64,000 nucleotides of DNA, taken from positions 39,362 to 103,361 of the forward strand of contig PMDZ01000008.1 of assembly GCA_003155695.1 (NCBI GenBank). Direction: 5' to 3'. Origin of the DNA: Candidatus Nomurabacteria bacterium (GTDB lineage: Bacteria > Patescibacteriota > Minisyncoccia > Phycocordibacterales > UBA9973). The position numbers and the translations under genes were made by a program. Below the pieces are notes generated by a model. It made no database searches and had not been told where the DNA came from. It was given only the letters and a program-made list of their open reading frames with translations. How positions within the stretch are numbered: the first letter of the stretch is position 1; the number at the start of each line of letters is the position of its first letter. Shown in pieces: positions 21,409-31,305 of this stretch.

Positions 21409-21708
21409 ATGAAAAATACAGTAAAGACAAAAGAAAAACCTGTTAAAAGTCTACAGAAACAATCGGACATAATAAAAAGATCTAATGCAATTATTGCCGA
21501 GTTGTCCGGTGTAGACAAAGAAAAAATCAATCCTGATTCCAATTTTTTTAAAGAGAAAGAATCTGGTGGTCTAGGTATGAGTACAACTAATTTCGCTAAA
21601 TTAATACAAAGATTTCAGAATGAGTTTAGTATTAATATCGAGGCTGGTTATGTTTTGGGAATATCCCAAGTAATGAATCTAACTGGGTACTTGATTCAAA
21701 ACACATAA
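21409..21708 (+). CDS. Acyl-carrier-protein-like protein with non-canonical motif
   Basis: IIAELSGVDKEKINPDSNF...LGMSTTN...FQNEFSINI resembles the ACP helix pattern; the DSL motif is absent. Confidence 0.55.
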   Translation: MKNTVKTKEKPVKSLQKQSDIIKRSNAIIAELSGVDKEKINPDSNFFKEKESGGLGMSTTNFAKLIQRFQNEFSINIEAGYVLGISQVMNLTGYLIQNT

Positions 21709-21772
21709 AAGATAAAACTTTAAAGTAAGTCACACATCACAAATGTGTGACTTTTTTTGTTATACTGTATAC

Positions 21773-22483
21773 ATGAATAATCTGAATTCATTATTGAAAG
21801 AAATTAAGTCTCATAAAAATTCTATAAAAGCCAAGCTACTATCACGGTTTTTTAAGACAGGTAGTGGAGAATACGGAGAAGGGGATTTATTCCTGGGAAT
21901 CACTGTTCCTGAATCGCGAAAAATCGCTGTGAAGTATAATGGGCTTTCTCTCTCAGACATTGCCAAACTTATCAAAAATAAATATCATGAGGCCAGGCTT
22001 ATAGCTCTTCTAATATTGGTTCACAAATATATAACTTGCGGAAGGCAAGGCCTTCCGCAAAAAAAGATTTTTGACTTTTATTTGAAAAATATCAAGTATA
22101 TAAATAATTGGGATTTAGTTGACTTGTCGGCCGGATATATAGTAGGGAATTACTTATACGACAAGGATAAAAAAATCTTGGAAAAACTTGCCAAATCAAA
22201 AAATATTTGGGAGCGTCGAATTGCCGTTATTTCTACTTTCGCTTTTATATATAAAGGGGAATCGAAGTGGACATTTCGCATTGTCAAAATGCTTTTGAAA
22301 GATTCTCATGACCTCATCCATAAAGCTTGTGGCTGGATGCTTCGCGAGGTCGGCAAACGTGTCTCCGAGCACGATTTGATTTCATTCCTGGACACATATA
22401 ACCACCAAATGCCTCGCACTATGCTCCGCTATGCTATTGAGCGACTACCCGAAAATAAAAGGATATATTACTTAAACAAATAA
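21773..22483 (+). CDS. DNA alkylation repair protein (AlkD-like HEAT repeat)
   Basis: FFKTG.GEYGEGD.F.G, NNWDLVD, WERR, KACGWMLRE, MPRTMLRYAIE. Confidence 0.93.
   Translation: MNNLNSLLKEIKSHKNSIKAKLLSRFFKTGSGEYGEGDLFLGITVPESRKIAVKYNGLSLSDIAKLIKNKYHEARLIALLILVHKYITCGRQGLPQKKIFDFYLKNIKYINNWDLVDLSAGYIVGNYLYDKDKKILEKLAKSKNIWERRIAVISTFAFIYKGESKWTFRIVKMLLKDSHDLIHKACGWMLREVGKRVSEHDLISFLDTYNHQMPRTMLRYAIERLPENKRIYYLNK
22036..22060. repeat. Short palindromic repeat, in-frame copy
   Basis: ttgcggaaggc-aag-gccttccgcaa; the 23-mer core is identical to the intergenic copy at 32177-32199. Confidence 0.85.
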
Positions 22484-22796
22484 AGTTTTGCTTTAACATT
22501 TGTATCCCCCTTGACAAATCTACAAAAATAGTTAATATAGGGTTAGATAACAGTATAGAGTTTGTCTATCTAACGTTCTTTTTATGATTTTAGATAATCA
22601 TAGGCCAGTCGCTGAATTGGTCGTTTTTAGAGAAACACCGTTCTTTATATTTATTGCTTTAAACAAAAGTTGGCGATAAATGACATTTTATGTTCTCTAG
22701 TTTCTCGAATGTTTTGTTTTTCGGTTTATGTTTGTAAATCAAATCTTAAAGAAAGTGGTCGATCTTTGAAAATTAAAACTAATTATAAAAAAATTT

Positions 22797-24482
22797 ATGA
22801 AGAAATATTTTATTTTCTTGATAATCGGTCTTGTGTTTTTAGTAGCAGGATCAAAGCTTGTTTCCGCATGTGAAGATAATACATGCAATAAAACTGATAC
22901 ACGAACTCTCGGTTGTGATACGGGTTATACCGGCTCAATAACAGAGACACGCTACGAGTCAAAAGATCGTTTCGAATGTAAATGGGGTGATTGGAAAGAA
23001 ACTTCAAATACTTGTACAATAATTCCAGTTAAAGTTGATGGAGGCTGGAGTGATTGGAGTGAAAAAGATAACTCATGTGGATATTCTGGAACACAGACTC
23101 GCACATGTACAAATCCAAGTCTTTCAAATGGAGGCGCAGATTGTGTAGGAGATTCTTCTAAAACCTATACAAACGAAAGTTGCTCTACTCCTGTCGCGAC
23201 TATTTCAGCAACAAAGATTGTTTGTCCAACTGAAGACTTACTTCCAAATTGGGGAGCAGGTGGACCAAACATAACTTCTGGAACTGCAAGTGCTTTCTTA
23301 ACAGCAAATCCTACTTGCCATTCAGTCCCTTGGACTTTCGAATGGGCACCAAAGGATACCTTAAATCCTGGAGATCAAGTTGGCGTAGCAGGCGGAGCTT
23401 GGACTTCTTTCACTGGAACTACTACAGTTCCATCAGGAAATACTGTCTGGGTTCGTGAACAATTTGACAATAACTACATTCCATTTACAGGTGTAACAAC
23501 TACTCTAAATGTTTCAGCAGAACTTTACTGTAATATAGACGTTCTAAACTTTGATAACTACGATAGAGTAGATTCAATAGTTAAAGATAACAATTACTAC
23601 TGTATCGGATTCAATGTATTAAAATCAATTCCAGTTGTCTCTTATACTGTCACTGCAAGTGCAGGTGATAATGGAACTATAACTCCAGCTTCACAAGAAG
23701 CAACTTCAGGTACAACCGTCAACTTTACTGTCACTCCAAATTCTGGATATACAGCAACAGTTGGTGGTACTTGCACAGCAGGAACACTTGTCGGAACAAC
23801 TTACACAACTGGAAATATCACAGCTGATTGTACGGTAGAAGCAACGTTTACCAAAATCCCAGCTAATTCTTTCATCCTTACGGTTGAAACACTGGGAACT
23901 GGTACTGGAGTATTTACAGGCGCCGGAACTTATACTTCCGGAACCGTAGTTACTTTAACTGCAACTCCTTCAGATAATTCAACGTTTGATGGTTGGAGTG
24001 AAAATTGTCCAGGAGGTATTGTAACCTTAACAAGTAATATAACTTGTACAGCTACATTTACTTTGAAGACAGTTACTCATCATAGCAGTGGGCATGTTAT
24101 ATCCAGTGGTTCAATTCCAACGACTGGTCAAGTTCTCGGCGCAGAAACCACTTGTGGAATTTATATCGATAAATACATGAGAATGGGACTTAAGGGTAAT
24201 GACCCGATAGCTGTGAAAAAAGTTCAGATATTCTTGAATAGTTACATGGATTCAGGACTTCTCGTTGATGGAGTATTCGGTCCTAAAACCGATACTGCAG
24301 TTAGAGCTTTCCAAACTAAACAGTTTGACAAAGTGCTAGCTCCTTGGGAACTTACTGGCTCAACTGGCATATTTTATTTGACTACTCAAACAGAAGTCAA
24401 TAATATAATGTGTCCATCGTTGAACTTACCGATTCCAGCGTTAATTCCGATAAATCAGAACCCCGCATTCCCTCAATATTAA
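22797..24482 (+). CDS. Secreted surface protein: thrombospondin type-1-like repeats, InlB-B-like repeats, GQVLGA linker and PG-binding tail
   Basis: Signal peptide; VDGGWSDWS...C...TQTRTCTNP...GG.DC.G; TVTLTATP...F.GW; VDGVFGPKT..AV..FQ. Confidence 0.8.
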   Translation: MKKYFIFLIIGLVFLVAGSKLVSACEDNTCNKTDTRTLGCDTGYTGSITETRYESKDRFECKWGDWKETSNTCTIIPVKVDGGWSDWSEKDNSCGYSGTQTRTCTNPSLSNGGADCVGDSSKTYTNESCSTPVATISATKIVCPTEDLLPNWGAGGPNITSGTASAFLTANPTCHSVPWTFEWAPKDTLNPGDQVGVAGGAWTSFTGTTTVPSGNTVWVREQFDNNYIPFTGVTTTLNVSAELYCNIDVLNFDNYDRVDSIVKDNNYYCIGFNVLKSIPVVSYTVTASAGDNGTITPASQEATSGTTVNFTVTPNSGYTATVGGTCTAGTLVGTTYTTGNITADCTVEATFTKIPANSFILTVETLGTGTGVFTGAGTYTSGTVVTLTATPSDNSTFDGWSENCPGGIVTLTSNITCTATFTLKTVTHHSSGHVISSGSIPTTGQVLGAETTCGIYIDKYMRMGLKGNDPIAVKKVQIFLNSYMDSGLLVDGVFGPKTDTAVRAFQTKQFDKVLAPWELTGSTGIFYLTTQTEVNNIMCPSLNLPIPALIPINQNPAFPQY

Positions 24483-24495
24483 TTTGAGTGTAATG

Positions 24496-24531
24496 ATAAA
24501 AACAATCCCACGAAAGTGGGGTTGTTTTTAT
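24496..24531 (+). terminator. Intrinsic terminator
   Basis: aaaaacaatcccac-gaaa-gtggggttgttttt. Confidence 0.85.
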
Positions 24532-24623
24532 TTGGGCTTGCTAAATTACACAAGGGTAGTATAGTGCTATCCAGAAGTCTATTTGAAAATTCTTATATTT
24601 TTACTTTATTAATATTCAAAACC

Positions 24624-24773
24624 ATGGAAACGTTTAAAAAAATTTTACGTGGTTTAGGTTGGGCTATTTTGATTCTTGGTACTGTGGCTGTGTTTGTATT
24701 TTGTTTTAGCCAAAAAAGAAACCCGGGACAAACTCAGCTGACTAACAAGCCTGACACTACTATCACTAAGTAA
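24624..24773 (+). CDS. Small single-TM protein (49 aa)
   Basis: METFKKILRGLGWAILILGTVAVFVFCF...; upstream promoter-like sequence and downstream hairpin. Confidence 0.55.
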   Translation: METFKKILRGLGWAILILGTVAVFVFCFSQKRNPGQTQLTNKPDTTITK

Positions 24774-25083
24774 AGGAAACCTTTACTGAGACAATCATTT
24801 AACCCCTCTAATCTAAAATAAGATTATAAGAGGGGTTTTTTTATATTAAAAACTCGAAAAAATAAGCATATTGGGGGACTTGACATTATCCACATGTGTT
24901 AACCTTTCCCCTTGACTTACCATAATAACAGATGTAATATGACAACCAAATTGGGCGAGAATTTAAACAAGGAAAAGTAAGGGTTTTGTCGATTATCCAT
25001 ACTGATTCTTTTAGAAATTACAAATTATTATTAATTATTAAGGGTTAAACGCTATAATATAATGTTTAACAAAAAAGTTTTTT

Positions 25084-26751
25084 ATGAAAAAAAATAAATT
25101 AATGTCGAAAGTTTCGTCTTTTGTTTCAATGCTTACAATGGTTTTATCGGTTCTAGGTTTTAACGCTTTGACAGCTCAAGCAGCTGTAGCTACAGCACCA
25201 AATCCAACCTTAGGTCAATCTTGCGGAATAAAAGTCGTTTTAATTTTGGATAGCTCAGACAGTATGAGTGACGCCGATATTACAACAGTTAAAAATGATG
25301 CGAATGCATTGGTTGGTTCATTGATGCCTGCAAATCCTATAGGTGTTATTGACTTTGATACACAAGTTGTAAATTCTTTACCTCCTGCAACTGATATCAC
25401 AACCGTAACAAATGCTATCAATTCGATAGGACATACAAATGCTACCGAATCTACAAACTGGGATGCAGCTTTAAATAAAGCTTCCACAATGGTAGGAAGT
25501 GGTGATTTGGTTGTAATTATAACCGATGGTAACCCAACTACTCACGATGGCTCTGGAAATGATATTGATAATGCCGTAACTAGAGCAAATACAATCAAAA
25601 ACATGGGAGCTAGGGTTTTAGCTATTGGAATTAATAGTTCAGGGACTCAAGGTGGTCTTAATCTAGGCAACCTTGAATTAATCTCCGGAACTCAAGTTGC
25701 TAATGGAACATTTACAAATATAAACACAGCTGATGTTTATCTTGGAGATATTTCAACACTTGGTTCCGTATTGGCAAATTTAACTACAGCTTTATGTGGT
25801 GGTCAGCTTACCGTAAGTAAACAGCTATATATGGGAGAAGGAGTGGCTACTATTCCTGGCGGTGCTGGTTGGCAATTTGTTGTCAATGGGAATACTTATC
25901 CAACAGATAATAACAGTAGTATTTCGGTTCCATTTAACAAAGATACAAATGGTATTACAGTTTCCGAAGTAACTCAGACAAATTTTCCGTTTAGATCAGT
26001 TTCTTGTGCTAATGGCACACAAACTGGTGACCAACCAGAAGTCACAGGCATTTCGATCACCAAGAAAACAACAGTTAACTGTACTTTCGTAAATACCCAA
26101 CCCGATATGTGTCCGGGTGATTTGGATCCGGGAGTACAAACAAGTTCTGCTAACTGTACAGTTCCTCCAACATTATGTACAGATCCTACAGCAAATAATG
26201 TAGGATATCCGATACCTTGTACGTTCACAAAGTGTGCATACAATCCGGACATACTAGCAAGTAGTTCAGCTTGTGTTGCTCCAACTTCTAAATTATGCAC
26301 AGATAAAAAAGCAAATAACATGGGTAGTTCATTGCCATGTACTTATAACAGGGGTAGTGGCAGTCATGTATCCAGTGGTTCAATTCTAAAACCTGGTCAA
26401 GTTCTCGGCGCCGTAACTTCTTGTGGAATTTATGTAGATAAATTCTTGAAGAAAGGTTTGAAGGGGAATGACCCGGCTGCTGTCGGGAAAATTCAATCTT
26501 TCTTGAATGATTACACGAGTTCAGGATTGAATGTTGATGGCAAATTTGGCCCTATGACCGATGCTGCTCTCAAGGCTTTCCAGCTTGCTCATGCCGATAA
26601 GATTTTGACTCCATGGGGACTTACAAAGCCAACCGGCATATTCTATTTAACCACTCAAACAGCGGTTAACAATATAATGTGTCCAACACTTGATTTGCCT
26701 ATCCCAGTACTCACTCCGATGGCTCAAAACCCTTTGTTTCCTAAGTTCTAA
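25084..26751 (+). CDS. Secreted vWA-domain surface protein with Cys-rich spacers and GQVLGA/PG-binding tail
   Basis: LILDSSDSM (MIDAS), ITDG, shared C-terminal module. Confidence 0.85.
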   Translation: MKKNKLMSKVSSFVSMLTMVLSVLGFNALTAQAAVATAPNPTLGQSCGIKVVLILDSSDSMSDADITTVKNDANALVGSLMPANPIGVIDFDTQVVNSLPPATDITTVTNAINSIGHTNATESTNWDAALNKASTMVGSGDLVVIITDGNPTTHDGSGNDIDNAVTRANTIKNMGARVLAIGINSSGTQGGLNLGNLELISGTQVANGTFTNINTADVYLGDISTLGSVLANLTTALCGGQLTVSKQLYMGEGVATIPGGAGWQFVVNGNTYPTDNNSSISVPFNKDTNGITVSEVTQTNFPFRSVSCANGTQTGDQPEVTGISITKKTTVNCTFVNTQPDMCPGDLDPGVQTSSANCTVPPTLCTDPTANNVGYPIPCTFTKCAYNPDILASSSACVAPTSKLCTDKKANNMGSSLPCTYNRGSGSHVSSGSILKPGQVLGAVTSCGIYVDKFLKKGLKGNDPAAVGKIQSFLNDYTSSGLNVDGKFGPMTDAALKAFQLAHADKILTPWGLTKPTGIFYLTTQTAVNNIMCPTLDLPIPVLTPMAQNPLFPKF

Positions 26752-26766
26752 TTAAGATTATTGGAG

Positions 26767-26801
26767 TAAAAGCAATCCTGCCTTCGGTGGGGTTGTTTTT
26801 A
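26767..26801 (+). terminator. Intrinsic terminator
   Basis: aaaagcaatcctgcc-ttcg-gtggggttgttttt. Confidence 0.75.
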
Positions 26802-26830
26802 TTTTGATTATGTGTTATAATTGACATACA

Positions 26831-27925
26831 ATGAAAAGTGTAGTAAAAATATTCAAGCATATATTTATTCCTCACATTCACAATAACTACAAGCCACACT
26901 TCTTCCGCGAGGTATCCGTGACTGCTATTTTAATTGTTGTTATTGTTTTATTCTCCGTTTCTTTCTGTTCAAAATTATATATTACGAATAAAAATATGAC
27001 GGCCGAAGTTCTGCCGGCAGTTCTTGTTGACCTCGCCAATAAAGATCGTTCCGCCAGTGGTGAACCGGCGCTCACGCGAAATACTCTTCTTGACACTGCC
27101 GCACAATTGAAAGCACAAGATATGGCAAACTCACAATATTTTGCACATACCAGTCCAGCAGGAATTACTCCGTGGCATTGGTTTAATCAAGTTGGATATT
27201 ATTTCACCTACGCTGGGGAAAACTTGGCTATTGATTTTAATGAATCTATGGATGTGGAAAATGCCTGGCTTAACTCCCCAAAACATCGAGAGAATATTAT
27301 GAGTAATAATTTTACCGAAATCGGTATCGCCACTGCGGAGGGCTATTATAATGGTTCACCGACTACTTACGTCGTTCAAATGTTTGGCACTCCGGCTTTT
27401 ATTCCAAAGGCTGAAGCTGCTACGCCAACAATTAGAGCGACATCTGCCCCAGTCGTCACCCCGAAACCTAAAACAGTTGCAAAGAAACCCGTTCCAACTA
27501 CGACAGAAGTAGTCACCAACCAAGAGGTTAAAGGGGAGTCGGTAGTAGCCACTACTCCGGTTACAAATGAAAAACCAGTGGTAGAAGAACAGCAACTGCA
27601 AACCGTTACCGAAACACCCAATTTTATTTTTGTAAAAAATAATGCTCTTAATGACGAAGTTACTTTACAGGTACCAACAACAGTGGCTACAAGCCCAAAA
27701 TATTCTACTTGGCTAGAACGTTTTGTTTTCTTGATTCCTAATTATACCGACCATATATATAAAATATTTGTTTGGGTAGTTATTATTGCGCTTATGCTAA
27801 TGACTATCGTTGAAATAAGACGCCAACAACCGAAAAATATTACTTACGGAATTCTTTTGATTGTCATAATCTTCTGCTTCATTTATATAAACCAATCAAT
27901 ATTTATAACCAGTCTTCTGGTATAA
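26831..27925 (+). CDS. CAP/SCP-domain membrane protein
   Basis: YFAHTSP, AGENLA, W.NSP.HR.NI motifs; C-terminal TMs. Confidence 0.92.
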   Translation: MKSVVKIFKHIFIPHIHNNYKPHFFREVSVTAILIVVIVLFSVSFCSKLYITNKNMTAEVLPAVLVDLANKDRSASGEPALTRNTLLDTAAQLKAQDMANSQYFAHTSPAGITPWHWFNQVGYYFTYAGENLAIDFNESMDVENAWLNSPKHRENIMSNNFTEIGIATAEGYYNGSPTTYVVQMFGTPAFIPKAEAATPTIRATSAPVVTPKPKTVAKKPVPTTTEVVTNQEVKGESVVATTPVTNEKPVVEEQQLQTVTETPNFIFVKNNALNDEVTLQVPTTVATSPKYSTWLERFVFLIPNYTDHIYKIFVWVVIIALMLMTIVEIRRQQPKNITYGILLIVIIFCFIYINQSIFITSLLV

Positions 27926-27955
27926 AAAAATCCCCTAGTAGAAGGGATTTTTTAT
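27922..27955. terminator. Bidirectional terminator
   Basis: aaaaaatccc...gggatttttt between convergent genes. Confidence 0.75.
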
Positions 27956-29118
27956 TTTGAAGTTTTTATCGGCAACTTAACGGAGAAGATGCTGCCTCGT
28001 TCTTTTTTATTCTTGACACTAGTTACACTGACTTCACCACCATGAACTTCGGCAACCCATTTGACGATGGCAAGCCCCAAGCCAATACTGTTTCCACCAT
28101 ATTTTTGATACTTGTCGGCACGATAGAATCTTTCGAAAACGTGAGGTAAATCCTCCTCTTTTATGCCAATTCCATCATCTGTTACGTTTATTGTTATAAA
28201 ACCCTTGGATTGTTTCGCATCAATAACTGTGTGGCCATTTTTACAACCGTAGACTATTGAATTCTTAACGAGATTAATTAACATTTTTTCCAAATACCTT
28301 TTATCCCCCAATATCTCGACATCCGGGATTTTTTTGGAAGTTATTGAAATATTTTTTTCGTATGAAAGAGCTTTGCATCTTGAAACAATTGTCCTGACAA
28401 GAGATTTCAATTTTACTTTCTCATAGAATAATCTATTTTTTAGCTCCCAGGCCTTGGAAGTTATCAGGGAAAGGTCTGCGAGAATGCCCGATAGGTGTTT
28501 TATTTCGTAATTTATTGCTTTGAGTGCTTTCTCGGGAGATTTTAAATATTTTCCCTTTCCATTTTTCATCGCCAAGTCCACATTACCTTTGATTATGGCA
28601 ATCGGTGTACGGAGTTCATGTGTTGCGTCAGCAATTGATTCTACCTTCAATTTTTCTTCTTCAAGTAGTCTTTTTGATTCATTTATTTGCTCTATTCTTT
28701 TGCGCACGGTAATATCCCTTATATTACACTGAATTACAAGGGTACCGCCGGCCAAATACGAATTACTGACAAACTCAACAGCAACGGATTCGCCATTTTT
28801 TGTTTCAAGAGGTAAATCTTCATATCGTACATATCCATCTTTTTGTAAAATTCTAAAGACATCCTTGGCTGCCTTCATATTTCTAAATGCACCAACTTCC
28901 CATAATTTTTTGTTTAAAAATTCAGCCTTTGAATAACCCAATAATTTTATCAAAAAAGGGTTGACGTCGGTAATCTGACCGGTTTCAGAATCAAGAATAA
29001 GTATCCCGTCGTGTGCCGACTCGAAAAGGCGGCGATATCTGACTTCGGATTCTTTCAATTTCGATTCCATTTTAATTTTGTCTTTTTTTTCCATTGATTT
29101 TTTAATTATTTTTCTCAA
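27952..29118 (-). CDS. Cytoplasmic PAS-domain sensor histidine kinase
   Basis: PAS (YRRLFESAHDG...IRDIT), HELRTP, N box, DDGIG, FYR, GLGL; true start may be the ATG at 29094. Confidence 0.93.
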   Translation of the reverse strand: MRKIIKKSMEKKDKIKMESKLKESEVRYRRLFESAHDGILILDSETGQITDVNPFLIKLLGYSKAEFLNKKLWEVGAFRNMKAAKDVFRILQKDGYVRYEDLPLETKNGESVAVEFVSNSYLAGGTLVIQCNIRDITVRKRIEQINESKRLLEEEKLKVESIADATHELRTPIAIIKGNVDLAMKNGKGKYLKSPEKALKAINYEIKHLSGILADLSLITSKAWELKNRLFYEKVKLKSLVRTIVSRCKALSYEKNISITSKKIPDVEILGDKRYLEKMLINLVKNSIVYGCKNGHTVIDAKQSKGFITINVTDDGIGIKEEDLPHVFERFYRADKYQKYGGNSIGLGLAIVKWVAEVHGGEVSVTSVKNKKERGSIFSVKLPIKTSK

Positions 29119-29143
29119 TTATTCATTGAGTTCGACCTTTTTA

Positions 29144-29806
29144 TCACTCTTTCAAAATAAAACCAACATCACGGATTGTATGTATCAGAGGTTTATTTCC
29201 GTCAATCTTCTTGCGTAGATATCGTATGTGGACATTCAATTCGTTGTTCTTTTCCTTAAAATCCGGCCCCCAAGCGTGTTCAATAAGTCTCTGCCTGCTT
29301 ATCGCTTCTCCGTGATTGGAAAGAAGCATATCCAGAAGTTTGTATTCTTTCGGGGCAAGGGGAGTGGTAATGCCGGCTCGAGTTACTTCATGTTTCTTTT
29401 TATCCATGACCAAATCGGCATATTTTACGATATTTTCATCGGTCGTTTTTCGACGACGCAAAATTGCCCTTATTCGAGCCAATAGTTCTTTGATACCGAA
29501 AGGTTTGACCAGATAATCGTCGGCACCCAAATCGAGACCCATTATTCTGTCTCCTTCGCTGCCACGGGCGGTAAGGATGATAATAGGCGTATGAATTTGG
29601 TGTTCTCGAAGTTCTTTGCAGACAGTAAAACCATTTTTTTTGGGAAGCATTATATCCAAAATGATTAAGGAATAATTATTCTTCATCGCTTTATCCAAAC
29701 CAACTTTCCCATCATAAGCTTCATCAACCGAATAACGTTCGCCCTTTAATGCAATTTTTATTATATCCACTAACTTTTTTTCATCTTCAATTATTAGTAT
29801 AGACAT
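29144..29806 (-). CDS. OmpR-family response regulator
   Basis: IEDE, LDIMLP, GADDYLVKPF, winged-helix tail. Confidence 0.95.
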   Translation of the reverse strand: MSILIIEDEKKLVDIIKIALKGERYSVDEAYDGKVGLDKAMKNNYSLIILDIMLPKKNGFTVCKELREHQIHTPIIILTARGSEGDRIMGLDLGADDYLVKPFGIKELLARIRAILRRRKTTDENIVKYADLVMDKKKHEVTRAGITTPLAPKEYKLLDMLLSNHGEAISRQRLIEHAWGPDFKEKNNELNVHIRYLRKKIDGNKPLIHTIRDVGFILKE

Positions 29807-30184
29807 GGAGTATTTATATCACTTACAGGTTAAATAAGCAATACAATTATTAAATTTATATTAAATACGAAACATCGTCAAGTGTGTACTTTCAGCAAAC
29901 ATCTGTTGAAATCTAATATTATTATTAAATTAATGTTAAATATTTGTTATAGAACATGATTGAGAAATAAATATAGATATTGCAAAAAATATTTTTTGTG
30001 TCATAAATTCATCATAAATTATACATATTTTAACTAAATCCCCATATACGTACTGGCAGTTTGGATAATATTAATCTAACATTAAATTTACATTAAGTTA
30101 TGCACTTAATGCACAGGTTTATTGGCTTAATTTGCATTGACTCTTAAATAACAAAGAATACTATGTTAAGTGTACGTTAAGTTT

Positions 30185-30742
30185 ATGAGTACACAATTTA
30201 AAACAATTGCAAAAATATCATCGGCAATCATTTTTTCTTTGATAATGTTTTCCAGTGCTTTTGCATCCGTAGAAAACAACGCGGTTGATGAGAATGGCAG
30301 TATGTACAAATATAACGCTGTTGAAAACACAAATTCTTTTCCGAATTTTCCAAGTAATGCAAATATTTCCGATTCTCAATTATCTGTCAATGCCGACATT
30401 CCTCAAGTCAGTTTTAATGAAAAACTGCAAAAGATTATCGACGAATATAATTTTTCAAAATCACAGATAGATAAAGATATGATTGAAATAAATAAAAAGG
30501 GAGGAATGGCAACTTTTCTTGTCGGTAATAATTTAGGGGTGATTAAATTTCAAATAGTTCAAATAAATGACCAAATTTCAAGTCTAAATGCACTTGGGAT
30601 TGAAACGGATTTCGTTGCGGAAAAAGACAAAATAGGCCAGCAATTGAAACTCATATCAGAAGAGAAGAAAAAAGTCGATGATTTTATTTTCTTCAACGAA
30701 AATAAATTTAGTTTGTTTGGTTGGTTAGTAGAATCATTTTAA
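30185..30742 (+). CDS. Secreted helical hypothetical protein
   Basis: Signal peptide ending SAFA; FLVG.N and C-terminal KFSLFGWL motifs. Confidence 0.7.
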   Translation: MSTQFKTIAKISSAIIFSLIMFSSAFASVENNAVDENGSMYKYNAVENTNSFPNFPSNANISDSQLSVNADIPQVSFNEKLQKIIDEYNFSKSQIDKDMIEINKKGGMATFLVGNNLGVIKFQIVQINDQISSLNALGIETDFVAEKDKIGQQLKLISEEKKKVDDFIFFNENKFSLFGWLVESF

Positions 30743-30778
30743 TATTAAATTTAACACAAAAAAATAACATAAATAAAT

Positions 30779-30910
30779 ATGGAAAAAGAAATTAATAAAA
30801 ATTTAATGAAAACTCTTAAACCACCTATTGATAATAATTTAAAAGAAAAGTCTGAAATAGTTGTCAAAGGATTAGCGAAAAAGATTAAAGAGCTTAGAAA
30901 AAAATCGTAA
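30779..30910 (+). CDS. Small basic protein (43 aa; absent from ORF track)
   Basis: MEKEINKNLMKTLKPPIDNNLKEKSEIVVKGLAKKIKELRKKS*; tightly packed between co-oriented genes. Confidence 0.45.
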   Translation: MEKEINKNLMKTLKPPIDNNLKEKSEIVVKGLAKKIKELRKKS

Positions 30911-30917
30911 ATATTAT

Positions 30918-31199
30918 ATGGGATTATTGCTTTCAATAATTATTGGTGGAATAGTTGGCTGGATAGCTTCAGTTGCAATAAAAACAGATTCACAACAAAG
31001 CATTGTATTTTATATTTTAGTTGGAATTGTCGGCTCGGTTGTCTTGGGCTGGATTATGAGCATTATTGGTAAAAGTAGTTGGGCTGGTTTCAACTTTTAC
31101 AATTTTGTGATTGCTCTTATCGGAGCTATCGTACTCATCACTATCGCCAAGCGTCGTGGCGGGTATGATAACTTTAAAACGAAGTTTAAATTTAAATAG
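30918..31199 (+). CDS. GlsB/YeaQ/YmgE (transglycosylase-associated) membrane protein
   Basis: IIIGGIVGWIAS...ILVGIVGS...ALIGAIVL. Confidence 0.88.
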   Translation: MGLLLSIIIGGIVGWIASVAIKTDSQQSIVFYILVGIVGSVVLGWIMSIIGKSSWAGFNFYNFVIALIGAIVLITIAKRRGGYDNFKTKFKFK

Positions 31200-31305
31200 T
31201 AGGTCGACATTATTAGATTATTGATAAAATCAAATCATCCAGAGTGAGGAATGGATTGTTTGTGATTAAAAATTTAAAACCTCACGAATTAATAATAAAA
31301 AAAAT

